NCBI GenBank assembly: GCA_951406725.2
Contig: OX597839.1
Coordinates: forward strand, 26,660,001 to 26,724,000
Reading direction: 5' to 3'
Source of the DNA: Octopus vulgaris
Lineage: Eukaryota
Length of the DNA stretch: 64,000 bases
Each line of letters opens with the position of its first letter. Position 1 is the first letter of the stretch. Below, piece after piece: positions 14,057 to 26,968 of this stretch. The notes under the pieces were generated by a model. That model saw nothing but the letters and a program-made list of their open reading frames with translations. It did no database searches and was not told the DNA's origin. The position numbers and the translations under genes are program-made.

Positions 14057-14561
14057 CCGCCGATGACGGATGATGGTGATGGTGCTGTCCTCCCAAGGGA
14101 GAACTCTATGCTGGGTAGATTTGGAGTTAATTAAGAAATATATCCATATTTTGCTACTTCACAGGAAACGATGCTTTTGGAATGTGGGATCTTGGAAGGG
14201 GCCCTGTCTTGTTGCTGGGGTGTGTGGTGGTGGTGGTGGTGGTGGTGGTGGCAGTGGTGGTGGCGGCGGCGGGGTAACATATGGACAGTTTGCTCGTAGT
14301 ACCCTACAACATCGTGTTTAACTTACCTCTGGTGTTCCTCTCATGAAATGAATATATATACGTAAACAAAGACTGCTGTGTGAATGGATTCCATGTGGCC
14401 GTAGTTTGGAAGTTTAGGGGAACAAGGGCGCATAACTCTGCTTGCCACAACGTCCCTGATCAACCGTCTGGATGCTGGCCGTATTCCATATTTGTGGAGT
14501 TGGGATGAGAAGCTGAGACGGATGATGTCCGCCTTCTTGAATGCTTGGTGAAGTATCATAT

Positions 14562-14772
14562 ACTCTTTTACTCTTTTACCTGTTTCAGTCATTTGACTGC
14601 GGCCATACTGGAGCACCGCCTTTTAGTCGAGCAACTCGACCCCGGGACTTATTCTTTGTAAGCCCAGTACTTATTCTATCAGTCTCTTTTGCCGAACCGC
14701 TAAGTGACGGGGACGTAAACACACCAGCATCGGTTGTCAAGCAATGCTAGGGGGACAAACACAAACACACAA

Positions 14773-14807
<35 letters not shown>

Positions 14808-14973
14808 CGACAGGCTTCTTTCAGTTTCCGTCTACCAAATCCACTGACAAGGCATTGGTCGGCCCGGGGCTATAGCAGAAGACACTTGCCCAAGATGCCA
14901 CGCAGTGGGACTGAACCCGGAACCATGTGGTTGGTTAGCAAGCTACTTACCACACAGCCACTCCTGCGCCTAT
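14562..14973 (-). mobile_element. Full-length family A SINE
   Basis: On -: A-box TGGCTGTGTGG, B-box GGTTCAGTCC, CORE-like TGCGTGGCATCTTGGGCAAGTGTCTT, internal (TA)/(TG) tract, (AAAAGAGT)n tail. Confidence 0.92.
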
Positions 14974-15054
14974 GTAAAGACATTTCACTTTTATAAAGAA
15001 TCATCTCACTTCATCCATGTTCACCTGGATTATTTGTGTGTGTGTGTGTGTGTG

Positions 15055-15605
15055 TGTGGCTTAGTGGTTAGAGCATCAGGCTCACATTGATGAAGTAGTG
15101 AGTTCAATTCCTGGATCAGACTGTGCGTTGTGTTCTTGGGCAAGACACTTTATTTCACATTGTTCCAGTTCACTCACCTGTCCAAACGAGTTTCGATTTC
15201 ACTGGTGCCAAGTTGTATCGGCCCCTTTGCTGTTCCCTTGGACAACATTGGTGGTGTGGAGAAGGGGAGGATGGTATTCAGGGGTGACTGCTGGTCTTCA
15301 ATAAAAACTTGTCCGGACTTGTACCTCAAAGGGAAACTTTCTAGGCGCAGTCCCATGGTCAGTCATGACCGAAGGGGGTCTCCACCCTTTACCCTATGCA
15401 CATATAATGGCGTGGAGAGCGTGACACAGAATGTGACAGGGCTTGGCCCTTTAAAGTACTGGTACAACTCATTTTTGCCAGCTGAGTGGACTGGATCAAT
15501 GGGAAATAAAGTGTCTTGCTCAAGGATGCAACGCAATGCTGGGAATTGAACTCACGACCTTACAATCATGAGCCGAATGCCCTAACCACTAAGCCACATG
15601 CCTTC
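15055..15605. mobile_element. Two diverged tRNA-headed SINEs in opposite orientations
   Basis: TGGCTTAGTGGTTAG...GAGTTCAATTCC head on + at ~15057 and on - at ~15600; a related head at ~24180. Confidence 0.65.
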
Positions 15606-15824
15606 ACACACACTGGTATGCATGTGTAACTCCTTGTCTTCCATAAACAACCTTGCCTGGCCCTGTGCCTCGGAGATGAACTTTCTAGTTGCAATGCCAT
15701 GGTCATTCTTGACCAAAGCAGGTTTTTACCCATTATGTATATATAAAGTAACAAACTGAGGAAGAGAGTTCCTTCAAAGGATTGCCACTTTATTTTACTG
15801 AACCCTCTCTATTTAACCCATTAA

Positions 15825-16400
15825 GTCCCAAGTCTCAGTCACTAGTCATTGCCTCGGTGAGGCCCAATGTTTGAAGGTCATGCTCCACCACCTTATCCCA
15901 GGTCTTCATGGGATAAGGTGGTGAAGCATAACCTTCTTCCACAGGTTCCCTCAACCGCTAGGGTGTGGCACTTTTTCACACAGCTATCCGCATCCATTCT
16001 CGCCACATGACCATACCAGTGCAGTCGTCTCTCTTGCACACCACATCTGATGCTTCTTAGGTCCAACTTTTCTCTCAAGGTACTTACACTCTGTCGAGTA
16101 TGCACACTGACATTACACATCCAGCGGAGCATACTGGCTTCATTCCTTGCAAGCTTACGCATGTCCTCAGCAATTACAGCCCATGTTTCACTGCCATGTA
16201 GCATGGCTGTTCATACATATGCGTCATACAGTCTACCTTTTACTCTGAGCAAGAGCCCATTTGTCACCAGCAGAGGTAAGAGCTCTCTGAACTTTGCCCA
16301 GGCTATTCTTATTCTAGCAGCTACACTCTCAGAGCACCCACCCCCTCTACTGATTTGGTCACTTAAGTAACGGAAACTATCAACTACTTCTAGTTTTTCT
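15825..16400 (-). mobile_element. RTE-clade LINE reverse-transcriptase C-terminal fragment (pseudogenised)
   Basis: Translates EKLEVVDSFRYLSDQIS...RIRIAWAKFREL...*TAMLHGSETW...RRLHWYGHVARM...GTCGR and KTWDKVVEHDL: typical RTE motifs (F.YLG, YG.ETW, RL.W.GHV.RM) with internal stops. Confidence 0.92.
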
Positions 16401-16495
16401 CACTGGAATGTGGCAGAATTTTTCTGCACATGTGTTTATTGCTCCTGAGCATCTGCCACATACAAAAACTATCTTTACATATGTATGTATATATG

Positions 16496-16532
<37 letters not shown>

Positions 16533-17310
16533 CACATTCACACAAACACAGAGACAGACAAATCCCTTATATGCATACATACATACATATATGCAAATAT
16601 TACCACACACACTGACAAACTCATCTTTAAGTATATATGTACAAACATACATACTCCACATATGTATGTATATAGCTATGTACATCCATATATCTATTCA
16701 TCCACCCACCCACTCACAGGTACATACACACGCACACACATGTATGTATGTGTATATATATATATATATACATACATGTGTTAATGTATATACAAATATG
16801 TACACATACATATACATACATACAAGCATATGTGTATATGTGAGTATATCTACATCCATTCATCCACCCATCCACCCACCCACCCATCCATCCATACATA
16901 CATACACACACACACACATATACATACATGCATTCAATACATACATATATACATAGGGAAACATCTATTGAGGCTGGCAGATTGTTATCTCCCCTTCCCC
17001 CATACACACCCCTATCGTTCTACCCTGTTATATATACCCACACATTTCTCAGGGCTATGTAAACACCCCTGCAGTAGACCTCATTTTTTTTCTTCCCCTA
17101 CTGTTTGTTTTTATTGCTCTTGTCTCCCAACTGCAGTCATATATTTACAGTTCTTAGACACTCACTCACTAGATGTGGTCAGGAGTGTAACAAGAAGAAG
17201 AAGAAGAATCCTTTCTACTGAAGGTACAAGGCTTGAAATCTGGGGGGAGGTGGATAGTCAATTACATCAATCCCCAGTACTCAACTGGTACTCAATTTAC
17301 AGAGATGTAA

Positions 17311-17699
17311 AGGCCGTTGCCAGCCTTGCCTGGCCCCGTGTCGGTGGCACGTAAAAAGCACCATCCATTCGTGGCCGTTGCCAGTGCCGCCCCGACTGGC
17401 CTCCGTGCCGGTGGCACGTAAAAGCACCATCCGTTTGTGGCCGTTTGCCAGCCTCGCCTGGCTCCCGTACCGGTGGCACATAAAAGCACCATCCATTCGT
17501 GGCCGCTTGCCAGCTCCGTCTGGCACCTGTGCGGGTGGCACGTAAAAAGCACCCACTGCACTCACGGAGTGGTTAGCGTTAGGAAGGGCATCCAGCCATA
17601 GAAACACTGCCAGATCAGACTGGGTCTGGTGCAGCCTTCTGGCTTCCCAGACCCCAGTTGAACCGTCCAACCCATGCTAGCATGGAAAACGGACGCTAA

Positions 17700-17731
<32 letters not shown>
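17311..17731 (+). mobile_element. Family B element with ~60-bp internal tandem repeats and (TGA)n tail
   Basis: About 4 units of GGCCCCGTGCCGGTGGCACGTAAAAAGCACCATCC.TTCGTGGCCGTTGCCAGCCTCGCCT, then the family B tail. Confidence 0.85.
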
Positions 17732-17732
<1 letters not shown>

Positions 17733-17778
17733 TACTCGCATAGCAAGTGATTTGATCTGAGATCGTGTGCTGAAACGA

Positions 17779-18055
17779 AAACAATTGCAGCGTGGAAGGT
17801 GTTTGTAAGCCATTTAAGAAACACACAAAAGCCATTCGATTCACTTCAACATTTAAGTTTAATTTGTCAAAATATTTTCGTCGCTTTGAGACCGCGACCT
17901 GTTCATTGATGCAGCACAGATTTTTGTCAGTGAACAGGTTGCGGATTTTAGCGCCGAAAATATTTTGACAAATTAAACTTAAATGTTGAAGTGAATCGAA
18001 TGGCTTTTGTGTGTTTCTTAAATGGCTTACAAACACCTTCCACACTGCAATTGTT
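17779..18055. repeat. ~130-bp near-perfect inverted repeat (15-nt spacer); each arm has a hammerhead-like fold
   Basis: Arms ~17779-17910 and ~17926-18055 are reverse complements with few mismatches. A fragment of the same family lies at ~19238-19285. Confidence 0.9.
17923..17972 (+). ncRNA. Hammerhead motif with G3-C8 swapped core
   Basis: Stem I TTTGTCA/TGACAAA; core GTGAACA; stem II (GTCGC/GCGAC in the mirror arm); GAAA; palindromic ATAT stem III; UUU triplet. Confidence 0.6.
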
Positions 18056-18070
18056 GTACTCAATTTACAG

Positions 18071-18371
18071 TTCTGTATTTAAGAGACGAGGAATTATGTA
18101 CATTATTTACATTCGACGGATATTTGTCCTCATCTTGTTTGTTGTTAACACACCGTTTCGGCTGATATACCCTCGGCTACTAACCTCAAGGTTCCGAGTT
18201 CGATTCCAGGCAGTGACCTGAATAATAATAACATTGAAGAATATGTTAGGAATGAGAATCCAGGTTTGAAATTTCCCCCAAGACACCTGATGAGGGCTGG
18301 AGGGTATATCAGCTGAAATGTTGTGTTGACAACAAACAAGATGAGGACAAATATTGGTCAAATGTAATGTA

Positions 18372-18402
<31 letters not shown>

Positions 18403-18456
18403 TCAAAAAATACCTTAGGAATGAGAACCCAGGTTTGAAATTTCCCAAAGACACCT
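18071..18456 (+). mobile_element. Composite element: inverted terminus + tRNA-like head + HHR tail + partial tandem tail (copy 1)
   Basis: 18071-18174 is the reverse complement of the element's own 3' end; GGCTACTAACC...GAGTTCGATTCC (B box); HHR at 18282-18327; tail restarts at ~18400. Confidence 0.75.
18282..18327 (+). ncRNA. Minimal type I hammerhead motif
   Basis: GACAC-CTGATGA-G-GGCTG..CAGCT-GAAA-TG-TT-GTGTT. The inverted copy at ~18145-18174 shows CAGCC-GAAAC. Confidence 0.7.
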
Positions 18457-18487
18457 TATATTTATGTGTGTATGTATGTGCGTGTCA

Positions 18488-18996
18488 GTGGCCTCCGTGC
18501 CGGTGGCACGTAAAAAGCACCATCCGTTCGTGGCTGTTGCCAGCCTCGCCTGGCCCCCGTGCCGGTGACACATAGCACCATCCGTTCGTGGCCGTTGCCA
18601 TCCTCGCCTGGCCCCCGTGCCAGTGGCACGTAAAAGCACCATCCATTCGTGGCCGTTGCCAGCCTCGCCTGGCCCCTGTGCCGGTGGCACGTAAAAAGCA
18701 CCATCCGATCGTGGCTGTTGCCAGCCTCTGTTGGCCCCCGTGCCGGTGGCACGTAATAAGCACCATCCGTCCATGGCCGTTTGCCAGCTCCGTCTGGCAC
18801 CTGTATGGGTGGCACGTAAAAAGCACCCACTACACTCACGGAGTGGTTGGCGTTAGGAAGGGCATCCAGCCGTAGAAATACTGCCAGATCAGACTAGGCC
18901 TTGTGCAGCCTTCGGGCTTCACAGACCCCAGTTGAACCGTCCAACCCATGCTAGCATGGAAAACGGACGCTAAATGATGATGATGACGATGATGAT
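18488..18996 (+). mobile_element. Family B element with 5-6 ~60-bp internal repeats
   Basis: Same unit and tail as 17311-17731. Confidence 0.85.
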
Positions 18997-19282
18997 ATAT
19001 ATATATTAGGAGCACTCTGTCAGTTACGACGACGAGGGTCCCAGCTGATACGATCAATGGTACAGCTTGCTCATGAAATTAATGTGCAAGTGGCTGAGTA
19101 CTCCACAGACATGTGTACCCCCTAACGTAATTCTCAGGGAGATTCAGCCTGACACAGAGTGTGCAAAAGAAACCGATAGAATAAGTACTGGGCTTACAAA
19201 GAATAAGTCCCGGGGTCGATTTGCTCGACTAAAGGCAGTTTGTAAGCCATTTAAGAAACACACAAAAGCCGTTCGATTCACT

Positions 19283-19380
19283 TCTACTATAGCCTCGGAC
19301 CAACCAAATCCTTGTAAGTGGATTTGGTAGACGGAAACTGAAAGAAGCCTGTCGTGTGTGTATGTATGTATGTATGTATG

Positions 19381-19425
<45 letters not shown>

Positions 19426-20042
19426 TTATGTTTGTGTGTCTGTGTTTGTTCCCTCCCCCCAAAACATTGTTTGACAACCGATGTTGGTGCGTTTACGTCC
19501 ACGTAACTTAGCGGTTCGGCAAAATCGATAGAATAATTACTCGGCTTACAACGAATAAATCCTGGGGTCTATTTGCTCGGTTAAAGGCGATGCTCCAGCA
19601 TGGCCGCAGTCAAATGACTGAAACAAGTAAAAGAATATATATATAGGCGTAGGAGTGGCTGTGTGGTAAGTAGCTTGCTAACCAACCACATGGTTTCGGG
19701 TTCAGTCCCACTGCGTGGCATCTTGGGCAAGTGTCTTCTACTATAGCTCCGGGCCGACCAATGCCTTGTGAGTGGATTTGGTAGACGGAACCTGTCGTAT
19801 ATATGTATATATATATATATGTATATGTTTGTGTGTCTGTGTTTGTCCCCCTAGCATTGCTTGACAACCGATGCTGGTGTGTTTACGTCCCCGTCACTTA
19901 GCGGTTCGGCAAAAGAGACCGATAGAATAAGTACTGTGGGCTTACAAAAGAATAAGTCCCGGGGTCGATTTGCTCGATTAAAGGCGGTGCTCCAGCATGG
20001 CCGCAGTAAAATGACTGAAACAAGTAAAAGAGTAAAAGAGTA
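19283..20042 (+). mobile_element. Two tandem family A SINEs (truncated 19283-19635; full 19643-20042)
   Basis: Match to the family A consensus including tRNA head and AAAAGAGT tail. Confidence 0.9.
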
Positions 20043-20585
20043 AATATATTATGTGTATACATATGAGTGTGTGTGTGTGTGTGTGTGTGTACAGTCTGAT
20101 GGAAGCCGGCAGGCCAGAACTTCGAAGTCCCTGACATACTTTGAGTTGTATAAAATTAAATATAATGTACTCTACTACAAAACTATTGAGAAAAACGTTA
20201 AATGAATGCTTCTTGACAAACGCAAACACACACACACACATACGTATATACATACATAATACATACATAATATATATATATATATATGTGCGTGTGTATG
20301 TGTGTGTGTGTGTGTGTAGACCTAGATATAGACGCATGCGCACATATTCACACACACACACTCATGGCACAGCACTAAGAGACTTCTCTCCATAGTAGTA
20401 ATAATAATAGCAGCAGCAGCCCACAGCAATAGTAGTAGTAGTAGTAGCGGTAGTAGTAATAGTAGTAGTGGTAGTAGTAGTCGTAGTAGTAGTAGTAGTA
20501 AGTAGACTAAGCGTCGTTGTTGTTGTTCTTGTTGTTGTTGTTGTAGAAAAAAAGCACTGGCTCCAAAGACTAAAGAAGGTTAGCT

Positions 20586-20610
20586 GTGGTCATGTGACTG
20601 CTATTGGCTG
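20586..20610. promoter_or_regulatory. Candidate promoter/enhancer motif pair (GTCATGTGAC E/M-box + ATTGG CCAAT box)
   Basis: GGTCATGTGACTGCTATTGGCTG in a short unique island between simple repeats; motif match only. Confidence 0.3.
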
Positions 20611-21044
20611 TTTGACAAGTTAGAGACAGCAGATAGAAAATTCTAATGATACTCCTTAGAAACCAGCTTTTTTTTTTTATTATTTATGTTATTTATTTTA
20701 TTTATTTTTTATTTATTTCTATTTTTATTTTTCGTGTTCTTTCTTTCTTTCTTTTTCTTTCTCTATTCCTCTCTTTTTTGTTTTTGTTATAATAAATTTC
20801 TTTATTTTTTTCTTCCTTTTTTTTTCTATGGAGGAGTGTATGTGGGGCGTGGGTGGGGGGGTGGAGTGTAATGATGGCGGAGGCGGTGGTGGTGGTGGGT
20901 GAAACAGAAGGGTCACGTCGCTATTTTTGCAAACTGTGTGTGTATATATGTGTATATATATATATATATATGTGTGTGTATATATATATTCATAAATATA
21001 TGTGTGTGTGTATGTGTTTGTTTATTCTCACATATGTAAATTTG

Positions 21045-21075
<31 letters not shown>

Positions 21076-21237
21076 ATAATGTATGTATATGTAGATATAT
21101 ATATATATGTGTGTATATATATATTCATAAATATATATGTGTGTGTGTTTATTCTCACACATATACGTATTTAAATTTATATATATATATATGAATGTAT
21201 GTAGGTATGTATGTAAGTACATATATGTATGTATGTG

Positions 21238-21268
<31 letters not shown>

Positions 21269-21817
21269 ATGTATGTGTGTGTGTGTGTTTGTGTCTTGTC
21301 CTGATTTCTTTGCGTTGCATGAAAAAAGTTGTTGAGATTGCATTTTGTTACTTATTTTTTTGTTCTTTGTTTTATTCTCATTTCTTTTTTTTCGGCCTGA
21401 AGCGAAAATATGCGTCGTTGCCAGCAGTAGTGTAGTAGTAGTAGTAGTAGCAATTGTAGTAGTATTAGTATTAGTAGTAGTAGTAGTAGTAGTAGTAGTT
21501 GTAGTAGTAGTGATACTAGTGGCAACAGCAGCAGCAGCTCCTGTTGTATTAGTTGTAGTTGTAGTAGGAGTGGTAGTAATAGTAATAGTGGTAGGGGCAC
21601 TTGTACTGGTGGTGGTGGTGGTTTATCGTCTGATTGTTGTTGTTGTTCCCCATTGCCGCTGTTGCCATACATAATAATAATAATAAGAAGAATACTAATA
21701 CTACTACTACTAATAATAATGATAATAATAAAAATAGTATTACTAATAACAATAATTATACTAAAAACTGCCGCTCGTTGGTAACGGTAGCCAAGTCTTA
21801 TATAACATTTACAATAC

Positions 21818-21899
<82 letters not shown>

Positions 21900-21948
21900 G
21901 TATATATATATATATATTTATATATATAAATATATATATATATGTATG

Positions 21949-22035
<87 letters not shown>

Positions 22036-23166
22036 TATACATGTAGATATATATATATAAATATGCATGTATATATATATATGTATGTATATTTCTTCAA
22101 TATATATGTATGTATAGATATATATATGTATGTATATATATATATATATATATATATACATGCAGATATGTATTTAAATATGCTTATATATATATATATT
22201 AATTGTACTTGTAGATATATGCATATGTACTTATATGTGTATGAAGCCTATTCGTATGTATATATGCATCTATTTAGCTATACACACACATTCACACACG
22301 TATATAAATAAATATATACATGTCTATATCTAGACACACGTATGTGTGTGTCTATATATGTGTGTGTCTGTGTCTATGTATGTGTATGTGTGTGTAGAGA
22401 GATATATGTGTGTGCGTGCGCATGTGTGTGTGTATATATATGTGTGTGTGTGTATATATATATTTATATGTGTGTGTGAAAGGAAAAGTTTTGAAGGCGG
22501 CAATAGAGAGAGATGTTTGGGAGAAAGACATGTGTGTCAAACGTAAACACACGTTCACACCCATCCATACACATTGACGAACAATGATTGAGAAAACCAG
22601 GACACACACGCACACACACATACACTTACACTTACTCACACACACACACGCACATGCTCGAACGAGAAAAAAAAAACCAGGACACACGCACACACACACA
22701 CATACCTCTATCTACACTTACAGATCCACACACACACACATATAACCGAGTGTAACACACCCACCCACATACACACACTCTCTCGTCCAATCGTATTTGT
22801 GTCTCCTCCTCCTCCTCCCACCACCTTTCTTCGACCTAATATGCTCACCGCCCTCGTCTTTCTACCTTCCCCTTCCTTCTCGCTCTCACTCTCTCTCTCT
22901 CTCTCTCTGCCTATCTTCGTCTCTATCTTACTTCCTCCCACTGCCGCTTTTTTTTTACTCTCTCCCTCTCTGTCGCTCTTTCGTTCTTTCACTCTCCCCC
23001 GTCTCACTTTATGACCTTTCTTCTGTCTCTCTGTTTCCCCCTCCCTCTCCCTCTCTTCCTTTACCACAACCACTCCCTCCTCTCTTTCACAATCTACTCA
23101 CAAAAAACAACGCCTTTTTCAGGATTTGCTGCCGCAGATCATCACACACACACACATGTTACGTGC

Positions 23167-23215
<49 letters not shown>

Positions 23216-25367
23216 CATGTACACATATATACAAATGGTGTATATATATATTTGTGTGTGTGTTATTACATCCGCTTTGGACAACATACATACACACACA
23301 CATACATATATACATACACACATGCATACACACACACATACATATATACATATACACATGCATACACACACACATACATATATACATACACACATGCATA
23401 CACACACACATATATACATACACACATGCATACACACACACACATATTTGTGTACATGCACCCACACATAAATGCATAAGCACTCACACCCGATGTGTGA
23501 AACGTTGTCAGTGTTGGTATTTACTTGTGTTGAAGGTGTTGACGGTGGTGGCGGTTGTTGTGATGGCCCACTATTGAAAAGGAAAGGCTTGCAAACAAAC
23601 AAACAAGCAAAAAACACATCAAAAGCGTATAATACCGTATTATAATGTATTAGCTATAGGCGTGTATGTGTGTGTGTGTGTTTGTGAGTGTGTGTTCTGT
23701 AATGCACCGCATATCAATGAAAATGATTCTCTTTCCCTCGATTAGTGAGGGATTTTTGTGTGATATTTCACATTACTTTGATATTCTTACGTCTTCTGGT
23801 ACCAGGGTGTCCCGACTTCAGCTAATCTACTCTATTCCAGCCCAACGTGCGTGTGTATACATGTGTGTGTGTATGTGTGGGCATGTGTTCGTGTGTGTGC
23901 GTTTCTGAGCATGTGTGCGCGTGTGTGCCTATGTGTGTGAATGTGTGTGTTTGTGGGTATGCGTGTCTGTCTCTGTGCATGTGTGTGTTTGTGTGGGCAT
24001 GTGTTCGTGTGTGTGCGTTTCTGAGCATGTGTGTGCCTAGGTGTGTGAGTGTGTGTGTGATTGTGTATGTGTGAGTGTGCTTGTGTTTATGTGTTTCTGG
24101 GCATGCGTGCCTATGTGTGTGAGTGTCTGCATATGTGTGTGTGTGTGTGTATCTCTTAGCTTTTACTTAGTAGTGAAGGCATGTGGCTTACTGGTTAGGG
24201 TATTCAGTTTATTATCCTAAGGTCGTGAGTTCAACTCCCAGTGGTGCAGTGTGTCCTTGAGCAAGACACTTTATTCCACATTGCCCCAGTCCACTCAGCT
24301 GGCAAAAATGGATTGTACCTGTAATTCAAAAGGAGCCAGCCTTATTACCTTCTTTTTCATGCCAAATCTCTCTGAGAACTATGTTATGGGTACACGTGTC
24401 TGTGGAATACTCGGCCACTTGGATGTTAATGTCATAAGCATGCTGTTCTATTGATCAGATCAGCTGGATCCGTTGTTGTCGTAACCGATGGCGTACCAGT
24501 TACCTTTCCGCGTGTTTCAGTCATTGGGCTGTGGCCATGCTAGAGCACCGCCTCGAAGGTTTTAGCCAGAGATATCGACCGCAGGATTTATTTTTGAAGT
24601 CTCAAACTTATTCTATTGATCTGCAACCCCGGTTGTCAAGGTAGTGGTTGTCGGGAGGGTGGTGGTGGTGGTGGTGGCGATGATGATGGTGATGATGATA
24701 ATGGTGATGATGATGATGACTGTGATGATCATGATGGTAATCACGATGACGATGATGATGCTGATGACTGCGATGATCATGATGGTGATGACGACGACGA
24801 TGATGATGAATATTGTGATGATGACTGAGATGATCATGGTGATGATGATGATGACGATGATGATGATTGTGATGATGATGATGATGATTGCGATGATCAT
24901 AGTGATGATGATGTTGATGATGATCGTGTTGATGATGATGATATGCTGATTGCTTTGTCCAGGTGATACCTGACTTGCATTAAATCACAGTGAAACATCC
25001 GCTCATCATCGGATCCAACAAACAAAACACTTTTACAACACTTTTGCTACTCCGCTTGGTCGCTATGGTGACAAGCATCTCAAGACGACCAGCACTTGTT
25101 TGATCTGCAAGTTTTACATCAGAGGGTCAGCACCGGTTTGCGACAAACCCTGCAAGGATGGAGCTGTGGTCAGGCAGGACTGTCCAGCATGCACACAAAG
25201 TGATGAATCAGTTCTTGTTGGGGTCTCCCTTCACCAAGCAACAGAGTTTAACCATGGTTCCAGGTTCAGTCCCACTGCATGGCACCTTGGGCTTGTGCCT
25301 TCTACTATAGCCCTTCGGCCGACCAAAGCCTTGTAAGTGGATTTGGTAGACAGAAACTGAAAGAAGC

Positions 25368-25417
<50 letters not shown>

Positions 25418-25439
25418 TTACAGGTCTGTAGTGTCTTTG

Positions 25440-26635
25440 ATCCTTCTGTATGGCTGTGAGAACTGTACCCTTACAGTTGACATGGAATGACGGGCCCAGG
25501 CATTCGAGCACAGTTGCTTGAGAAGGCTGCTACACATCTGTACACAGAGCATACAACAAACAGCTTTCATCAGACAGCGAGTCCATGAATATGCTGGCAG
25601 ACAGGAACCACCGTTTCCCCCGGTAAAAACACCAAAGCATGCCTGCTACAGTCATGTCCTCATATATCCCGCCACAACTCCCTGTCAAAAACTGTCCTTC
25701 AGGGCACAATTGGGGGGGTCCTTAGTATGGCTGTGAGAGCTGGACTCCTATAGCTTACATGGAATGAAGGATCCAGGCATTTGAGAACAGTTGCTTTGGA
25801 AGGCTGCTATATATCCCATACGCAGAGCCCAAAGACAAAGCTTTCTTTGGACAACAATTCCATGAATATGTTGGCAGACAGGAACCATTCTTTCCACTGG
25901 TAAAAAATAACCAAAGCATGCCTGCTACATTTATGTATTTGCATCCCTCCACAACTTCCTGCCAAAAACTGTCCTTCAGGGCACAGTCAAGGGTCCCTAG
26001 TGACTTAGATCTTTCTGTAGTGGAGGCGCAATGGCCCAGTGGTTAGGGCAGCGGACTCGCGGTTGTAGGATCGCAGTTTCGATTCCCAGACCGGGCGTTG
26101 TGAGTGTTTATTGAACGAAAACACCTAAAAAGCTCCACGAGGCTCCGGCAGGGGATGGTGGTGATCCCTGCTGTACTCTTTCACCACAACTTTCTCTCAC
26201 TCTTACTTCCTGTTTCTGTTGTACCTGTATTTCAAAGGGGTCCGGCCTTGTCACTCTCTGTGTCACGCTGAATATCCCCGAGAACTACGTTAAGGGTACA
26301 CGTGTCTGTGGAGTGCTCAGCCACTTGCACGTTAATTTCATGAGCAGGCTGTTCCGTTGATCAGATCAACCGGAACCCTCATCGTCGTAACCGACGGAGT
26401 GCTTCCAAAGATCTTTCTGTATGGCCGTGAGAGCTGGACTCTTGTAGCTGACATGGAACGAAGGCTGTAGGCATTCGAGCACAAACGCTTTGGAGGGCTG
26501 CCACACATCCTGTACATAGAGCAGAGCTTTCATTTAGGAACTGGTAAAAAAAATGAAAGCATGACTTGGTATGGTCATATACTCGTATCCTGTCACAACT
26601 CCCTGTCCAGAGCCATCTTTCGCGGCACAGTTGAG
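25440..26635. repeat. Diverged ~280-bp tandem triplication
   Basis: GTATGGCTGTGAGA..ACATGGAATGA..GGCATT.GAG.ACA recurs at ~25448, ~25726 and ~26419; the third copy is split by a SINE. Confidence 0.85.
26020..26408 (+). mobile_element. tRNA-derived SINE (family D) with 13-bp target-site duplication
   Basis: Head GGAGGCGCAATGGCCCAGTGGTTAGGGCAGCGGACTCG...GTTTCGATTCCC; TSD AGATCTTTCTGTA at 26007-26019 and 26409-26421. Confidence 0.92.
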
Positions 26636-26937
26636 GGAGGGTGAAAGGGAGAGAGACAGAAAATCCTGGTTTGGCATTGAAGACTGGGACAGGTCACAAC
26701 ACTGTGATCCCTGCCATGCATGGGGGGGGGGGAGGGGCAGAGGACAGAGACCAGTGGCAACGGCTGGTTGCAGAAAAAACCGTCCAGGGTGGTACAGCAA
26801 TGACTGGCTGCATCAGGTAAGAGAACCTGATGAGGACGACGACGACGACGACGATGATGATGATGATGATGAGGAGGAGGATGATGAGGATGACGACGAC
26901 AATGATGATGATGATGATGATGAGGATGACGACGACA

Positions 26938-26968
<31 letters not shown>

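Noticed and set aside
14341-14550. Possible LINE RT fragment (AFKKADII...LHKYGI)
   Set aside because: Only a vague resemblance to the KAFD...L..YG region; not supportable without a search.
19643-19720. tRNA genes at SINE heads (also 26020, 30287, 62820)
   Set aside because: A/B boxes are present but there is no complete cloverleaf or acceptor stem, and they continue into SINE bodies.
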